Source of the DNA: Aplysia californica
Lineage: Eukaryota
Assembly: GCF_000002075.1 (NCBI RefSeq)
Contig: NW_004798018.1
Location: 219,154 to 283,153, forward strand
DNA: 64,000 bases
Direction: 5' to 3'
Below the pieces are notes generated by a model. That model was given only the letters and a program-made list of their open reading frames with translations, was not told the origin of the DNA and did no database searches. Below are positions 13,237 to 25,586 of the stretch, one piece after another. The position numbers and the translations under genes were made by a program. Numbering within the stretch: position 1 is the first letter of the stretch; each line of letters begins with the position of its first letter.

Positions 13237-14299
13237 CTGAAAACATAGACAAACATTTACTAAAACAAATAATATACACAAATAATGCAACACAGCACCG
13301 CCACCACAGAACAGTCAGAAGTTCTTATGTATTAAGAAAAACAAATATTCTAAAAGCTGGAAAATTCATATCTGTAACCCAAGGACACATTCACAGAATT
13401 ACCCTGCAAAAAAAAAAAAAAAGCAGCCATCCTCAAGAAATGAGATTCCTGTTAACTCTGACAATTTTTGAAAGTTGAAATATATGAAAGAGAGAGTAAG
13501 GCACTCCTCTACATTCATTTCAGCAATTTGGGGAGGACAAAGAAAGAATGGATGATTTCAAAAAATAATATTCCACAACTCCTCCATCAGTATTATGCAT
13601 TCTTTTGAAATCTTCTAACCTAAATAAATACCCCATCGCACCATCATCATTGCCTTTCTCACCCCTGATGAGAGTAAAGGCCACTAACACAAATTTTTTA
13701 TTTTTGACCCCTTTTCCCCTATATTTCTTTCAACTTTTCTGTACATCGGGATGGTACAGAAGCTTCCCTGTCTTCCAAGATCAGCAAAAATTTGATGCAT
13801 TAATTCGGTTTTCCATAACATTTGAGTCTTTATGGGGGCCGGTAGTTCTTGGCCCTCCACCAACTAGCTTTTTTTGGTAGACCAGGTGAACACCCCTTTA
13901 GCCAATCTTTGCTTCCCCATTGTAAAACTATGGGGCCTCCCACCTGCAGGGAAGTTTCTATAGCATGTTAACCCTCAAACCTTTGGAAAATGTGATGTAC
14001 TAAAATTGCAATGACATTCAACAGAGACGGGTTTAATCATGAACACACACCAGTTGACGGTAATGACCTCTATTTTATTCACATAGGTTACAAGATATGT
14101 GGGTGTGCCATGTCTAACCTTTACATCTCACCATATTTATACTTTGGAACAAACCACCAGAACAGTATTGGTGACAAATGTATGTGCGTGTGTGTGCATG
14201 TAGGTGTGTGTGTGCATGTGGTGAGTGAAAGAAATTGAGAGAGAGAAAAAGGAAAACCTACTCGCACTGAAGTGTCTATATCTTATTTGGTACTTTTAG

Positions 14300-14521
14300 G
14301 CACAAGGGGGCTATCCCGAAAAATGCTGTTTTGAGAAAATCGAAGGTAAAGTTTCTGCCCCTTGTTCATTTTCGTTAAAAGACAATGAGAGTTTTCCCAA
14401 TAACCAAACAAATATACACACCAATAAAACCAAACTTTTCCTATAGGTGGGGAAGTGCCCATTTTTTGGTGTAGGTCAAGATTTCTGGACACTCGCGAAA
14501 TCTGGGTTAGCCCGCTTGTCC
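14300..14521. mobile_element. TTAA-type (Kolobok-like) MITE
   Basis: ttag|gcacaagggggctatccc ... gggttagcccgcttgtcc|ttaa. Confidence 0.6.
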
Positions 14522-14699
14522 TTAAAAGCAACCATTTTAAATGTTGTAATAATAACTACCAAAGGCTGCAAGAAAAACTATATCATGAGAACAAATAAGT
14601 CCTTTCATGTCTATCATGTAAAAGGTGGAGTTCGAATAAACAAAATTCAGAGCAAAATACGCCTTGATATTACTTTAACAAAAGAAAACATCAGCTTAC

Positions 14700-14787
14700 C
14701 GGAATTCGATTGTCTGTGAACTGAGCTGCTGCCTTCTCAAGGTCTGTGTTCAGAAGTTTTATCGGAGTCACAAAATACTCAGGTAGG
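14700..14787 (-). CDS. MTMR10: MTMR10-like exon 10 (SLPEYFVTP...FTDNRIP)
   Basis: ttgcag acceptor, CCG|gtaagc donor, phase 2/0; LPEY.V.P and R.P motifs. Confidence 0.93.
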
Positions 14788-15819
14788 CTGCAATCAGAAG
14801 AAGAGTGAAATCTGTCACACAAAGTTATGTCCGAACAATGTGAGTTTGTAAATGCTTTCTCAATTGACACACTCAGACCCTGCACGAGATCTTATCTCTG
14901 AAGTTTAATATTTCCAAGCATAGAATCAAAAACTGAAAACCACAATCAAAAGTATAATGACAATCTTTTGTTTTTATGACATATCAGCACTCGCTCTCTC
15001 TGTTGATCAGCCATTTTTTTGTTTTCAAACACGATATGTATTATTCTCTCGTTAACAGTTTGTTTTAGTTATGGAATTATCTCTTCGATCCATCACAGAA
15101 TAAAGTGGTAAAATAAACACATGAAAATCACAATCACAGAATACATAGGCTTGAAACACTAATAGACCTGTCTTCATTTTCCTGTTTTTCCAACACACAA
15201 CAATATCTCAAGGTCTTACTATACTACTATCAACAGACCCACAAGGAAAAGATGTTCAGAAAAAAGAAAATAAATTAAGTCTTTTTCAAGTTCACTTTTT
15301 AAAAATTAAGCACTGGAGCCCGAGGAGTAAATAATATAATAAAAATAGCATTCCATTATTATGACTTTTGAGGTCCATAAAGGACATAAAGTTGACTCAA
15401 CCTTTTTTTTAACTAATACACCAAAATTTACATACCTTTATCATCTGAAAAAAATCTTTGACCTACATCAATGTTCACTTACACCATGACTGCTCAAATC
15501 AAAAAGCAAAATGTCAATTCGTGCATTTTTCGGTGGGATTTCTCATATCTCAAACAAAGAGCTCAATTCTTCTCGCAAAAATTTCTGTACCCACAGTTCA
15601 CTTACAAGTATAAGGCGCAGTTCGGTTGGTGCAGTCAATGCTTGTATGTCCACTAATATAGAAACTATTACAAAATAACTGTTTAGAATTCACAAGTTCA
15701 GTTAATATCACAAAGATCAAGCTGTACATGGCACACATATGTAGTGACAAAGGCCACATGACTTTACTTTCCAATATGCATATTATGCATAATGACATTA
15801 GATAATTTAGGAACTATAC

Positions 15820-15937
15820 CTTGTGCTTACGGAATAACCGATGTTCACGTCTGCCACTCTCCACATGGACTGACACTGCAGTCGCTCCAGCTCTCTCTCC
15901 CAGTGATCCCGCTCATAAAACTCTGGCTGCGGAGCTT
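15820..15937 (-). CDS. MTMR10: MTMR10-like exon 9 (...DHWERELERLQCQSMWRVADVNIGYSVST)
   Basis: atcag acceptor, AG|gtatag donor, phase 1/2; W..E..R and WR....N..Y motifs. Confidence 0.92.
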
Positions 15938-15984
15938 CTGATAATCACAACCAAAATAAAACATATGAGCAAGTGACATTTCAA

Positions 15985-16312
15985 TTTTAGCAGTTTAGTT
16001 CTAGTGAGCATTTAACGACATTTGCAACACAAATAGGTCATATAATTGCCGAAGATTAGAGACGTTAAAGAAAAGAAGGAGAGATAAGGACGATAAATAT
16101 TTTTAATGAACAAAGGAGGAAACTATATTAGAGCACCTGGCAATCACCCACATAAATGAATATATACTGAGACCTGTTTAACTGAGTAAAGAGAAGCACA
16201 TCCATACAATATGGGCAAATAAGAGCTAGGAAAAAGCAAAGAAGGATGCAACAGAAACATCAGAGGGAGAGTAAAAAAGTAGGGCATACCAGTGGCACCC
16301 TCCACGCACCAA
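15985..16312 (-). mobile_element. A2 long (dimeric) form
   Basis: Monomer plus about 160 nt of 5' extension, shared with 16665-16990 and partly with 30871-31140. Confidence 0.75.
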
Positions 16313-16664
16313 CACAAATGATCGCTAAAAGCCTGAGACACAAAATAACATAATACAATACCAAATGGAAATCAGTTTCTTGAGGTGATGTAAAGATAAC
16401 AATCACTGATATTGACATGTTACATATCTACACCCCCTAGAAAGAATAAAAAAAGACAATTGAAAACTTCTTCAACATAATAATTTCAAGAGAGTCCCAT
16501 TGGGAATTCAAACCAGGGCCAACTGCACCTTAGCCCACCACGATACTCAATCAAATATGACATTCCCAATTCTGAAGGAATACACAACTGTAGAAAAGAA
16601 CTTCAGATGATGAGCTGATATAATAATTACAAACAGTGCCTAGCAAATAAGTAAATGTCAGTGA

Positions 16665-16990
16665 GTTTTGTTTCAATAAGCGTTTAACGTCACTTTCCAT
16701 ATAAAAGCTGGAAATTAGAGGTGTTACAAGAAAGTAACAAACACAAAAGAGAAGGAGGAGAGATAATGACGATAGATCTTTGACAGGAAAAAAGGAGCAA
16801 ACCACACACATAGCACTCATCTTCCACCCACAAATGGCAGAACGCTGAGACCAGTTTAGTCTGGGTAAAAAGAAGCACACCTGTACAAAATAAGTCATTC
16901 AGCGCTAAGGAAAAGCAAACAGGATACGTTAGAAACAGCAGAGGGAGAGTAAAGAAGTAGGGTCTACTTTAGTGTCTTTCTCCAACTATG
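16665..16990 (-). mobile_element. A2 long (dimeric) form
   Basis: Same extension as 15985-16312. Confidence 0.75.
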
Positions 16991-17063
16991 AACACAAATA
17001 AGATTTGAGGGTGGTTGGAGAGTGACACTAGAGCAAATAACCATTTAGAACTTGTCTACTTAC

Positions 17064-17154
17064 CCCCTTCCTGTTGACTCTTGTGCCCAAACTCGTAGGC
17101 AAACAGTAAGTCATCTTTGGCAGGGAATGAGTACACCATAACAGCATTCGTCAC
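17064..17154 (-). CDS. MTMR10: MTMR10-like exon 8 (VTNAVMVYSFPAKDDLLFAYEF...)
   Basis: ctgtag acceptor, G|gtaagt donor, phase 0/1; LFA[FY].[FY] motif typical of myotubularins. Confidence 0.9.
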
Positions 17155-17770
17155 CTACAGAAACAAGGTATATTTGTAACATTGTTGTATTCTACAAATT
17201 ATCTGTCTGATAGACAAAGTTGCATACTGCAAGAAAACAGGGAAGAAAAAATAGGTGCACATGTTAAAGTGCACACCCCTCCCCCCCAAACCCCCACCTC
17301 CATAAAAGGTCAAGAAACAATTTGAACTTGATTTTCAGCTGAAGTAGCAATCTACATCATTATCTTAACCACAGAGACAATCAATATCATTAATAGCAGC
17401 ACAGCATTGTCATAATGATCATGATCACTGTAATTATTATCATCTGCCTAAGTGCGAGAGCTAAGGAGAAGCACATAAACAGAATAATGGTTATTTAACG
17501 GCTTTGTAAAAAGGGAGGAAACAAATAAAAAGTTAATGAAAGAAGAGGGAAAAAGTATGATCTATTGAAATAACGAGAGGAAGAGGAGGAAGAAAAGTTG
17601 GAAATCAAAAAGATATAGGCCTACATGTATAACTTCTTCTTCATCTGGCAGTGCTGAAACGCACCAAACTCCGAACAAGAGATATATAAAACTTTTTTAA
17701 AAATTTGGCACCACTAAGGCAATCTAAAAGCATAACAAAGACCATTACATGACTTCATTAGATATGTTAC

Positions 17771-17827
17771 CTGTCTGTTCTGTTCTTTCGACGTGAACTT
17801 GAAACCAAAAACGTGGGTCTGAAAATC
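17771..17827 (-). CDS. MTMR10: MTMR10-like exon 7 (DFQTHVFGFKFTSKEQNRQ)
   Basis: ttccag acceptor, CAG|gtaac donor, phase 0/0. Confidence 0.9.
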
Positions 17828-18256
17828 CTGGAAAATAGGATATAAATATAAATAACTAAATCACAGTATTCATCCTTTGGATTCAAGTTCAATGTGTACA
17901 AACAACTATGAGAAAAGCTCCACAGAAGTTGCTTCAATTTTTAAAAATTATATCAAAGAAAGTACATGTCTCTTATTTGGACACACTTTGTCCTTAAAAT
18001 GATAACAAAATGGCTCTGTAAAGGTTCACATTGAAAGTATCTGTATTAATTCTTTCAAACTTTCCACATTTTCATTCCAACATTGGAAAACCAAAAAAAA
18101 CCCTAAAACACCCCCCAAAAAGGGTGAAAAAAATGTATGTAAGCATTCAGGCAAAAGTCTACCAAGAGCTTCTTCAAGTACCACTTTTTACAATAGGAGT
18201 TGACAAATTGCTAATCTTTTTGAGAACTTGTGTAGAGTCAAACACCAAACACTTAC

Positions 18257-18339
18257 TTTACAATGGATTTCCAAATGTTTAGTAGGAGTTGTCACTGCGC
18301 TTCCTGGAACAAGTTTTTTTCTCCGAGCCCCAGTCGCCA
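18257..18339 (-). CDS. MTMR10: MTMR10-like exon 6 (VATGARRKKLVPGS...LEIHCK)
   Basis: tttcag acceptor, AAA|gtaagt donor, phase 1/0; L.I.CKDF motif completed by the next exon. Confidence 0.9.
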
Positions 18340-18422
18340 CTGAAAAAAGCAGATAAATAAATATTCAAAGCTGAACACAAAGCCAAACTAAAATGTAGAG
18401 ACACATGGTATAACAGTAGCCT

Positions 18423-18482
18423 TTAGTTTAGTTTTAGTAGAGGTTTTACAGCGCTCACAACTGCAAAAGGTCATATGAGGGC
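18423..18482 (-). mobile_element. Tail-only 60-bp insertion of the A family
   Basis: 14-bp TSD tataacagtagcct at 18409-18422 and 18483-18496. Confidence 0.88.
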
Positions 18483-18888
18483 TATAACAGTAGCCTACAT
18501 TATGTCCTACTCACAAAGAAACGCTTCACTTCGCTGAAAGAATTCTCTAATTTGTGCTGAAAAAGTAGAGAGACAAATAAGCAAATTAAACAGACTACAA
18601 TTTCAAATAATACTAAAAGATTCCTTATACCAGACTGTAAGCTAGAAAGATGACGAAAATTAAAACATAAACTGTATATCAGGAACCTGAATCTTATTCC
18701 AGTGCTGAGATAAATTATAGCTTTTGCTTATGACATGTATCTTACAGCAAAAGAAAGAGTTTTTCGATAACGGCATTAGAAATGTAGAAAGGTCATAATA
18801 GCGCCAAACATTGGTTCTGTATATTCAAGAGTGTCTGTCTTCAAGAAGCCTAAGATGCCTTTTGAAGCTCAAGTCTTACAAGCCAGGA

Positions 18889-19156
18889 TAAAGTAAAGTA
18901 AAGTAAAGTTGTTCCTTCATTCGATCCGGACAATGGGGATTGCCTTGTTAGTGAGACAATTTCCTAGGCCTTCGGCATATTTTGGTAGGGTGGCCAGTTC
19001 CTTTCCACGTCGCCTTTACTTCTCCAACTCGAAGTCAGGTACTCATTACGGCTGGGTGGGTAGGGGGGGGGACGAAAAAATCTGTGTCTGAACCGAGGCT
19101 CGAACCCGGACTTTCCGCTTCGGAGACGAGCACACTGACCGCTCCACCACCATACC
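18889..19156 (-). mobile_element. tRNA-derived SINE family E (Meta/CORE-like domain, (TTTAC)n tail)
   Basis: Head ggtggagcggtc...ggttcgagcc; core cccacccagccgtaatgagtacctgac; (ctttac)n 3' end. Confidence 0.8.
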
Positions 19157-19474
19157 CTCTTATCTGTTACTCCTCTTGAATTATTACTTTGAGGTATGGA
19201 AGACAGTATTCCTTTGCAAGTCTAAAATTAGAAAATAATTCTTTATTTAAGAGGCAGGCTGTTTCGACCCTGCCTGTTATGGGAAACTTAAGCTGTATAA
19301 TACACATCCCTGTAGAAAGATAGAGATACTCTATTAAAAATTGTCCACGTATCGGAATTTTACTAGTTTTTTTTAAGCCAAAGGAGAGAAAACCCTAACC
19401 ATTACACCACAGATGCCAGCAAATAGAAAATAAACAGTGATAATAAATGCTGGTTCAACATCTTAAAATGTTAC

Positions 19475-19553
19475 CTTGATATATAGCATCCACATTAGTC
19501 AATGGAATGTCTGTATTGTCGATGAGCTTGTTCCTTTGGGCAGACCTGTTGTT
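19475..19553 (-). CDS. MTMR10: MTMR10-like exon 5 (NNRSAQRNKLIDNTDIPLTNVDAIYQ)
   Basis: ttccag acceptor, G|gtaac donor, phase 0/1. Confidence 0.9.
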
Positions 19554-20199
19554 CTGGAAAAGACAAATTGATTATTCGTCAACTTGCTGTTCTTCCAAAG
19601 CAATTAAGCTATGCACCATAAAAACACAAAAATATCTGTACAAACAGAAAACACATCCCATTTTTTGTTCATGGGAGTCATTCTAAAGATGAGAGCATGA
19701 TAGTTTCCAATGTGCATTACTAATCTTGAAAAGCTAATTACCTTTATAAATTCCTTTTCTTGCCTCATACAACTTAGCTGAAAAATAATTGAAGAGCATC
19801 TAAAACAAACTCATTCTACCTTAAAACCTGACATATCAGTAGTGCAGAGTTCCCCATTTTGATCAAACAAAGATGTCTTTATATTTGGCCTTCCATGTCT
19901 TTGGACCCTTGGAAATCCAATATTACTATGACATACTTCAAGATACTTTTTAGTTAAGTAGCTTTCCAATGACAAGTAGATCTGGTATGATTTTCAGAGA
20001 ATTCAATTACCCAGAAACTCCATTAAAAAGTGTGCCCCTTAAGGAATCACGATATTAACAAAACAATGTGATAACAAACCAACATGTTTGGCAGTTAGGG
20101 AAAAGGTTTAAATGCTTGTTTAATGTCCGAGTCCTGGCCCCATCCCACATACCTGTGCACAAGAACAAATATAATAGCTTCTTCATCTTTTTCGTAGTT

Positions 20200-20620
20200 T
20201 TCCCAGTAGTTGGACGTTGCTTCTCAGACCTTTGTGCAATAAAACACTCTGTCTCTTGATGGTTCTAGAGCAGATTTCTATGTCCTGTTTCTATCTTCTG
20301 TTAAGTCACCCCCTTCCTCTCTCACGATCAATCTTTGCTTCTATATGTTTCTCCAGAGATGTTTCAAGTAGAACAGAGTTCACCCATGATTTATTAAGAA
20401 TAAATGCCTAAAGCCAGTTTCATTATGTTCTGGAGGAGTGTTGGTTTTTCTATACCATTTTCTTCTTAATACTTCTTCATTCTTTATTTTCTGTCTCCAG
20501 GATACTCTTAGGGTTCTTCGAAAATATTTCATTTCGAAAGCTGCAATCCTTTTCTTATCTTGTTCATTGATGGTACATGCTCCAAATGTGCATACAGGTA
20601 CATAAATAAAAAGCTGGTGT
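20200..20620 (-). mobile_element. RTE-clade LINE fragment
   Basis: Translation DKKRIAAFEMKYFRRTLRVSWRQKIKNEEVLRR matches the RTE AFEMWC.RR.LRISW....NEEVL motif. Confidence 0.85.
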
Positions 20621-20642
20621 ACCAAGAATACAAAGTACTTAC

Positions 20643-20788
20643 ATCTCCATCGGGATAAGAAGACTTGTCAGCCGTAACAAAAGAGATCTTGAAGTTGGTA
20701 ACAAATAGATGTCCTGATATGCCTTGTTTGCGGTTTGAGAAAGGGGCAAACATCAAAATACTGTCCGCCTCAGCAATGATGTATTCTC
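20643..20788 (-). CDS. MTMR10: MTMR10-like exon 4, PH-GRAM (GEYIIAEA...ISGHLFVTNFKISF)
   Basis: ctgtag acceptor, GAT|gtaagt donor, phase 1/0; G.L..TNFKISF GRAM motif. Confidence 0.93.
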
Positions 20789-20871
20789 CTACAGGTCAAA
20801 AAAAGAAGAAATAAGTTTCCTTACACTTGACATGAGAACAAACAAAGAAAGAAAACTAATATGTCATTGTA

Positions 20872-21080
20872 GATGTTTTTTTGCCCCCATCAATACAATT
20901 TATATCATTCAGAAGGCGGGTTGCTTTGATCCCACTTACTTGGGCCAATCTGGGATGAGAGGGACACTACGTGCCTGCAGGCAGACAGAGATACTCGATA
21001 AAAATTCTTTCCACTAGGGAATCAAACTCAAGCATTCTGCATAAGATGGCAAATATCTAACCATTACACCACAGATACCA
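20872..21080 (-). mobile_element. Older tRNA-headed SINE family D (other copies about 9020-9162, 19245-19418, 33745-33855, 49885-50095, head only at 54395-54472)
   Basis: Shared cgaccctgcctgtcagg-like core and taaccattacaccacagat.cc head; tail resembles family B. Confidence 0.65.
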
Positions 21081-21092
21081 GTGCAAAGACAG

Positions 21093-21503
21093 TTTAGTTG
21101 TTTTAGTTTTAGTAGAGGCTTTACGGCGCTCGCAACTGCATAAAATCATATGAGCGTCAAAGGGTGGATGTCAGCAGAGAAGTCCTTACAGGGAATCAGG
21201 CTTACTCTGCACACCTCTCTAGCTTCAACAGCACAAAGCCTGCTTCGACTATCAAGGCACCCCAGAAATAGCGGGTCACAAGAGTGTGACAAACATACAA
21301 AAGAAGAAGAGGAAAAATGTTGATAGTAAAGATTAGGAAAGAAAAGCAGCAGTTCCCTGTTGCAGTTCAGGCACAGTTATGAGCATGACAATGATGAATC
21401 AGCCCATTTACAATTCTACTGTGCATAAGAACATGTTAATGTCCCCCCTTTGGGAATGGCCTAAAGATACTTCAGTCCGTAGTACCGCCCCGGGGGTAAT
21501 GCA
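21093..21503 (-). mobile_element. Retroposon family A1 copy with 10-bp TSD
   Basis: TSD gcaaagacag at 21083-21092 and 21504-21513. Confidence 0.9.
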
Positions 21504-21792
21504 GCAAAGACAGATATAAAAATAAAACAATAACTCCAAAAATAAACTAGGATACAGTAAAAACCCTCTGCAACAAAACAAACAAAAATCAAAACCTAAT
21601 ACTTATCATATCAACAAGTACTTCTAATAAACTTAAACTTCTCATTTAGTAAAAAAAAAAGAAAAGTGGGGTGGGGATTGAGGGAGGGGGGGGGGGATAT
21701 AAAAATGAAACAAATATTCATCATAACCATTTCAAAACATTTTAAAATTCAATCAAGCAGACAATTTGTCCTTAGGCGCTGGAGATAAATAC

Positions 21793-21856
21793 CTTGCAGC
21801 TTACGAGGCTCCAGAAGGTTGTCAAAAAATGCAGAAGCAACTCTTTCTACCTCTTC
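21793..21856 (-). CDS. MTMR10: MTMR10-like exon 3 (EEVERVASAFFDNLLEPRKLQ)
   Basis: tttcag acceptor, G|gtattt donor, phase 0/1. EPRKLQ-GE matches the EP..L.GE start of the myotubularin PH-GRAM domain. Confidence 0.88.
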
Positions 21857-24491
21857 CTGAAAGGAAATACAAGAACTGTGGTTTACGAAGGATTCGTTAC
21901 AATGGACAGCTCGGTAGCAATTTTGTAAAAAATCGCATGTAAACAAGACATCTTAGTGTATGGCTGAATTTGAGACTGATGCTTGCTGTCTCATGGATTG
22001 ATCATTGGTTGAGCTTCTCAGAAATAAAGAAGTTCTATGTCACCTCAGATCCCCTTAAGTCATGACAACCATAGTATGCAAAAGGTTACAATTCATCAAC
22101 ACAACCCACTGGGTATGGTTTCAATTTGCTAGATTGAATCCATTAACAGGAAATTGTCCCACTTTTAACTCACAAAGGGGCTCTTCATAAACTTAATCAT
22201 GATTCCTTAAAAAACAAGAAACATGCCCCACCTCTGCTTCTCCAGAAAGCTAGATGTTTCAAGTAGAACAGAGTTCACCCATGATTTATTAAGAATAACC
22301 AATTACCCTTTCTGGAAAGGAGTGTAACTTTCCAGCAACCTCACAACCCCACCAAGAACTAACCTTTAAAAAAAAATTAATTAATAATTGTTGCTAGATA
22401 GTGCTACACAGTTCCTGACCTTACAAGGAGATAAAAGTATTTCAATCGAACCTTGTTCCCAAATGCAAAGATCCCAGACATATTTGAGTAAATTATACAC
22501 CACTTTGATAGTGACATGGATGCATCTCATTCACGCTCGCTCAGATTCTTGAGATGTTATGGAGGCCTAACCTCTGCTACATTGAGCTGACTGAACACAC
22601 AACATGGTCCACTATGGAGCTCCTTCTTTACTCACAAACAAAACAAACACAAACGTCCAATCTGAAAACTCGATAACTATAATACACACAAGTAAAACAA
22701 ATCTACACAGTCTGTTTCATCACTATTGAAAATGCATCTGATCCCTCTTTTCAGACAAAGACATTTACTAAAATCTCATTTGAAGACACAACAATAAAGA
22801 TTTCCCGCCTGTTTATTATTACAACGGATAACATGCCCATTCCTTCATTCGAGACAAAGACAAAAATATAACATCTAGTCCTAGTCTGTAGAAGAATAAT
22901 AGTAAGCTTATATCAGGCTTTCCACCATTGTTACTGAAATGTGTCAGCTCCATCTTTTTAGTCAGCCGTAACAGTATCAAACCTGGCGCAATTGACAAAA
23001 CATGCATTCATCGATTAAAGTTAGTGAAAGAACCGCGCAACAAACTCAAGGTACCTTTCAAAGACTTAAGTTCTAAACATTCTTTCTCTCTATCAACACC
23101 AGACGCAACGACGCTGGACGTCAAGACAATTATTGTGGCACTCAACTAAACATGGAGACGACCGTAATACATATCAAGCTCAGGAACAGAAAAAGAAGTT
23201 CAAACACAGTAGTCCTCGACTAAATAGACAAAATACACACAGTAGAGAATCTAAGATGTGGTATTCGCATTATTTTACGACTGACATCTTTTAAAAAAAC
23301 AAATCCAAACCCCCCCTCAACAACAACATCAAACAAACCCAACCATCACACTTTCCAGCAGAAGAAATGTACTATTAATGAGCTAAATCAGTCCACCTGA
23401 TTTATACAGTCTGTTTCAATAAATAAGGCTGCGTTTTGCTTATTCATGCAGTTATTTTCGGGAACTCATAGAATCACCTATTAGCATAATCTTTGATTTT
23501 GTACAACTAACAGAAACATTCATTTCAAATGCAGACTTCCCAGATAGATGCCCAAATTGTGACTTTCACTCAGTGGTTTCTTATTATCTGTCTCATATCT
23601 TTCGAATTCAGCATTTCATTTATTGCAGAAAACAAGTAGCCTGCATAAAAATATCAGAATCAGCTAGTACCCTATTCATGAAGGAACGTTCTGTTACCAC
23701 GTTGGAAACCACAATACATAAACTTTTAAATACCGGTATACAACTTTGTCAAATCTACATACATGACATTTATTTACAAGCCACTTCTGTAGAAAGAAGA
23801 ATTATAGATCCTGATAATGCTGCGATACTTATAGTTCTGAACTATCACCATTCTTAACTAATTCATATTCTGAAACGAACGCTACATTGTTAAAAGGGAT
23901 ACAACAAAAAACAAAAAGAAAGAAATGAAAAACAAAAAGGGATGAGTAATAGAAGAAATCTGATTACAACATGCAGGGGTGTGGGGAAAGTTTCACGTTA
24001 AACTTACACATATATTTACAAGCATGCAGTTATCTCCTGACACCCTGTACCTAGCTCTTCTTTTTAAACATTTAATCTGTTAGATTGATTGAGTTGAGCC
24101 ACTTCTAAATATACTACGAGGTATGCACAAGGGCTTCCTCAGACTACTGCACTAAACAGCTCTCTTCTGTATACACATTCTTAAGGGTGAACAACGCGAA
24201 TAAAACAGTTTTATTTAGTTCGCAGCAACATATTTACACACAAAAAAATGTGGCTCGTGAGAGCACACAAAAGCTAGAAGAGCCTTAGTGTTCATCTATT
24301 TGAAGAGAGCAATTTCAGTCCCGTCAAAGTGCACTCCATGTCGCTGTGACCGCTTTCGAGTCGGGACCAGACATATAAGAGTACAAGAGACGGAAAAGGT
24401 CCTCTCGTGACTACACTCCCAAAAAGCTTCTTTAAAAAAAAAAAATACACACCGCCAACTTTTTCTCCATTAAAAAATACGAAGCTACTGA

Positions 24492-24675
24492 TTCGAGTGG
24501 GTGGTTGGTGGGTGCCCTGGGTATGGTTTTCTCCTTCTTTCCTGTCAAACGTAAATCGTCCTTATCTCTCCTTCTTCTGTTATTTGAGTGTAACTCGCTT
24601 GAAACACCTCACATCTTCGTCACTTATATAATGACCTATGTGTATTGAAAGTACCGCAAAGCATACTAAAACGAA
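24492..24675 (+). mobile_element. A2 monomer
   Basis: TSD acgaagctactga at 24479-24491 and 24676-24688. Confidence 0.88.
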
Positions 24676-25502
24676 ACGAAGCTACTGAAAACGTGTGGGC
24701 AATTATCATAAGAGGATTCTTTCTTTTTGCTTCTGTTTTGGGTTAGGATTTTTTGGTCTTTTCCTTTTTTGTTTTGTCTGTTACTTCAAATAGAATAGAC
24801 AATATCAGCAACAGTTTTAAGTCAAAAGAAGCATATCGAAGTGATAACTCTTTCTTTTTTCTTTTTTAGAGCTTGGAGAGAGCGACAAGACCTATAGGCC
24901 ACAACGACAAATGAAAAATAGGCCTACATAGTCAGAGATGACGAAACTTGAGAAGCGGAAGCGAGTTACAGCATGGCGCAATGAGGACACGGATATAGCC
25001 CGACACTCTCCACGAACGGTTCACACTGCGAGCTGGTGAAGATAACGCTGCACATCGCCTACACCGGTATTTTTTAGCAACAATATTATCCTGGTGAACT
25101 ACGATACTCAACTCAAACGCTATAATTAATTATGAGTTGATTTTCAAAGGCAAAACGTGAACGCTTTGCCGGCAAATCATAACGTCATTGAGCTCAAATA
25201 TTCAAAGCCAAGCCAAGGCAGGGTGACTACTCGTTTTCACCAAGTAATTTCAAGGTTTAAAAAATCAAAGTTCAATAACTTCGTTTATTGTTTACATATT
25301 TACATTGTATCTTATTTCTCTGTAGATCACTTTTGTAGTGCTGTTGAGTGTGCTCAATAGCTGAGACAACAACAGTCTGGATTACTCTCCAGTATTAGCT
25401 ACACACACTACACTGGGGTTTTTTGTTGGAGGAGGGGGGCGGGGGTCATCAGATAGAAACAAGACCGGAACTAAATTAGAAGAAGTAGGATGTCCTTCAC
25501 TC

Positions 25503-25586
25503 GACACACTCGTGTCATAACAAAGCTTCATCGAGATAACAGACACACTCGTGTCATAACAAAGCTTCATCGAGATAAAGACACAC
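25503..25586. repeat. 39-bp tandem duplication
   Basis: gacacactcgtgtcataacaaagcttcatcgagataa repeated twice. Confidence 0.9.

Noticed and set aside
22636-22661. 26-nt segment between ttttcag and gtgagt on the minus strand
   Set aside because: It would break the frame between two phase-0 junctions and is low-complexity.
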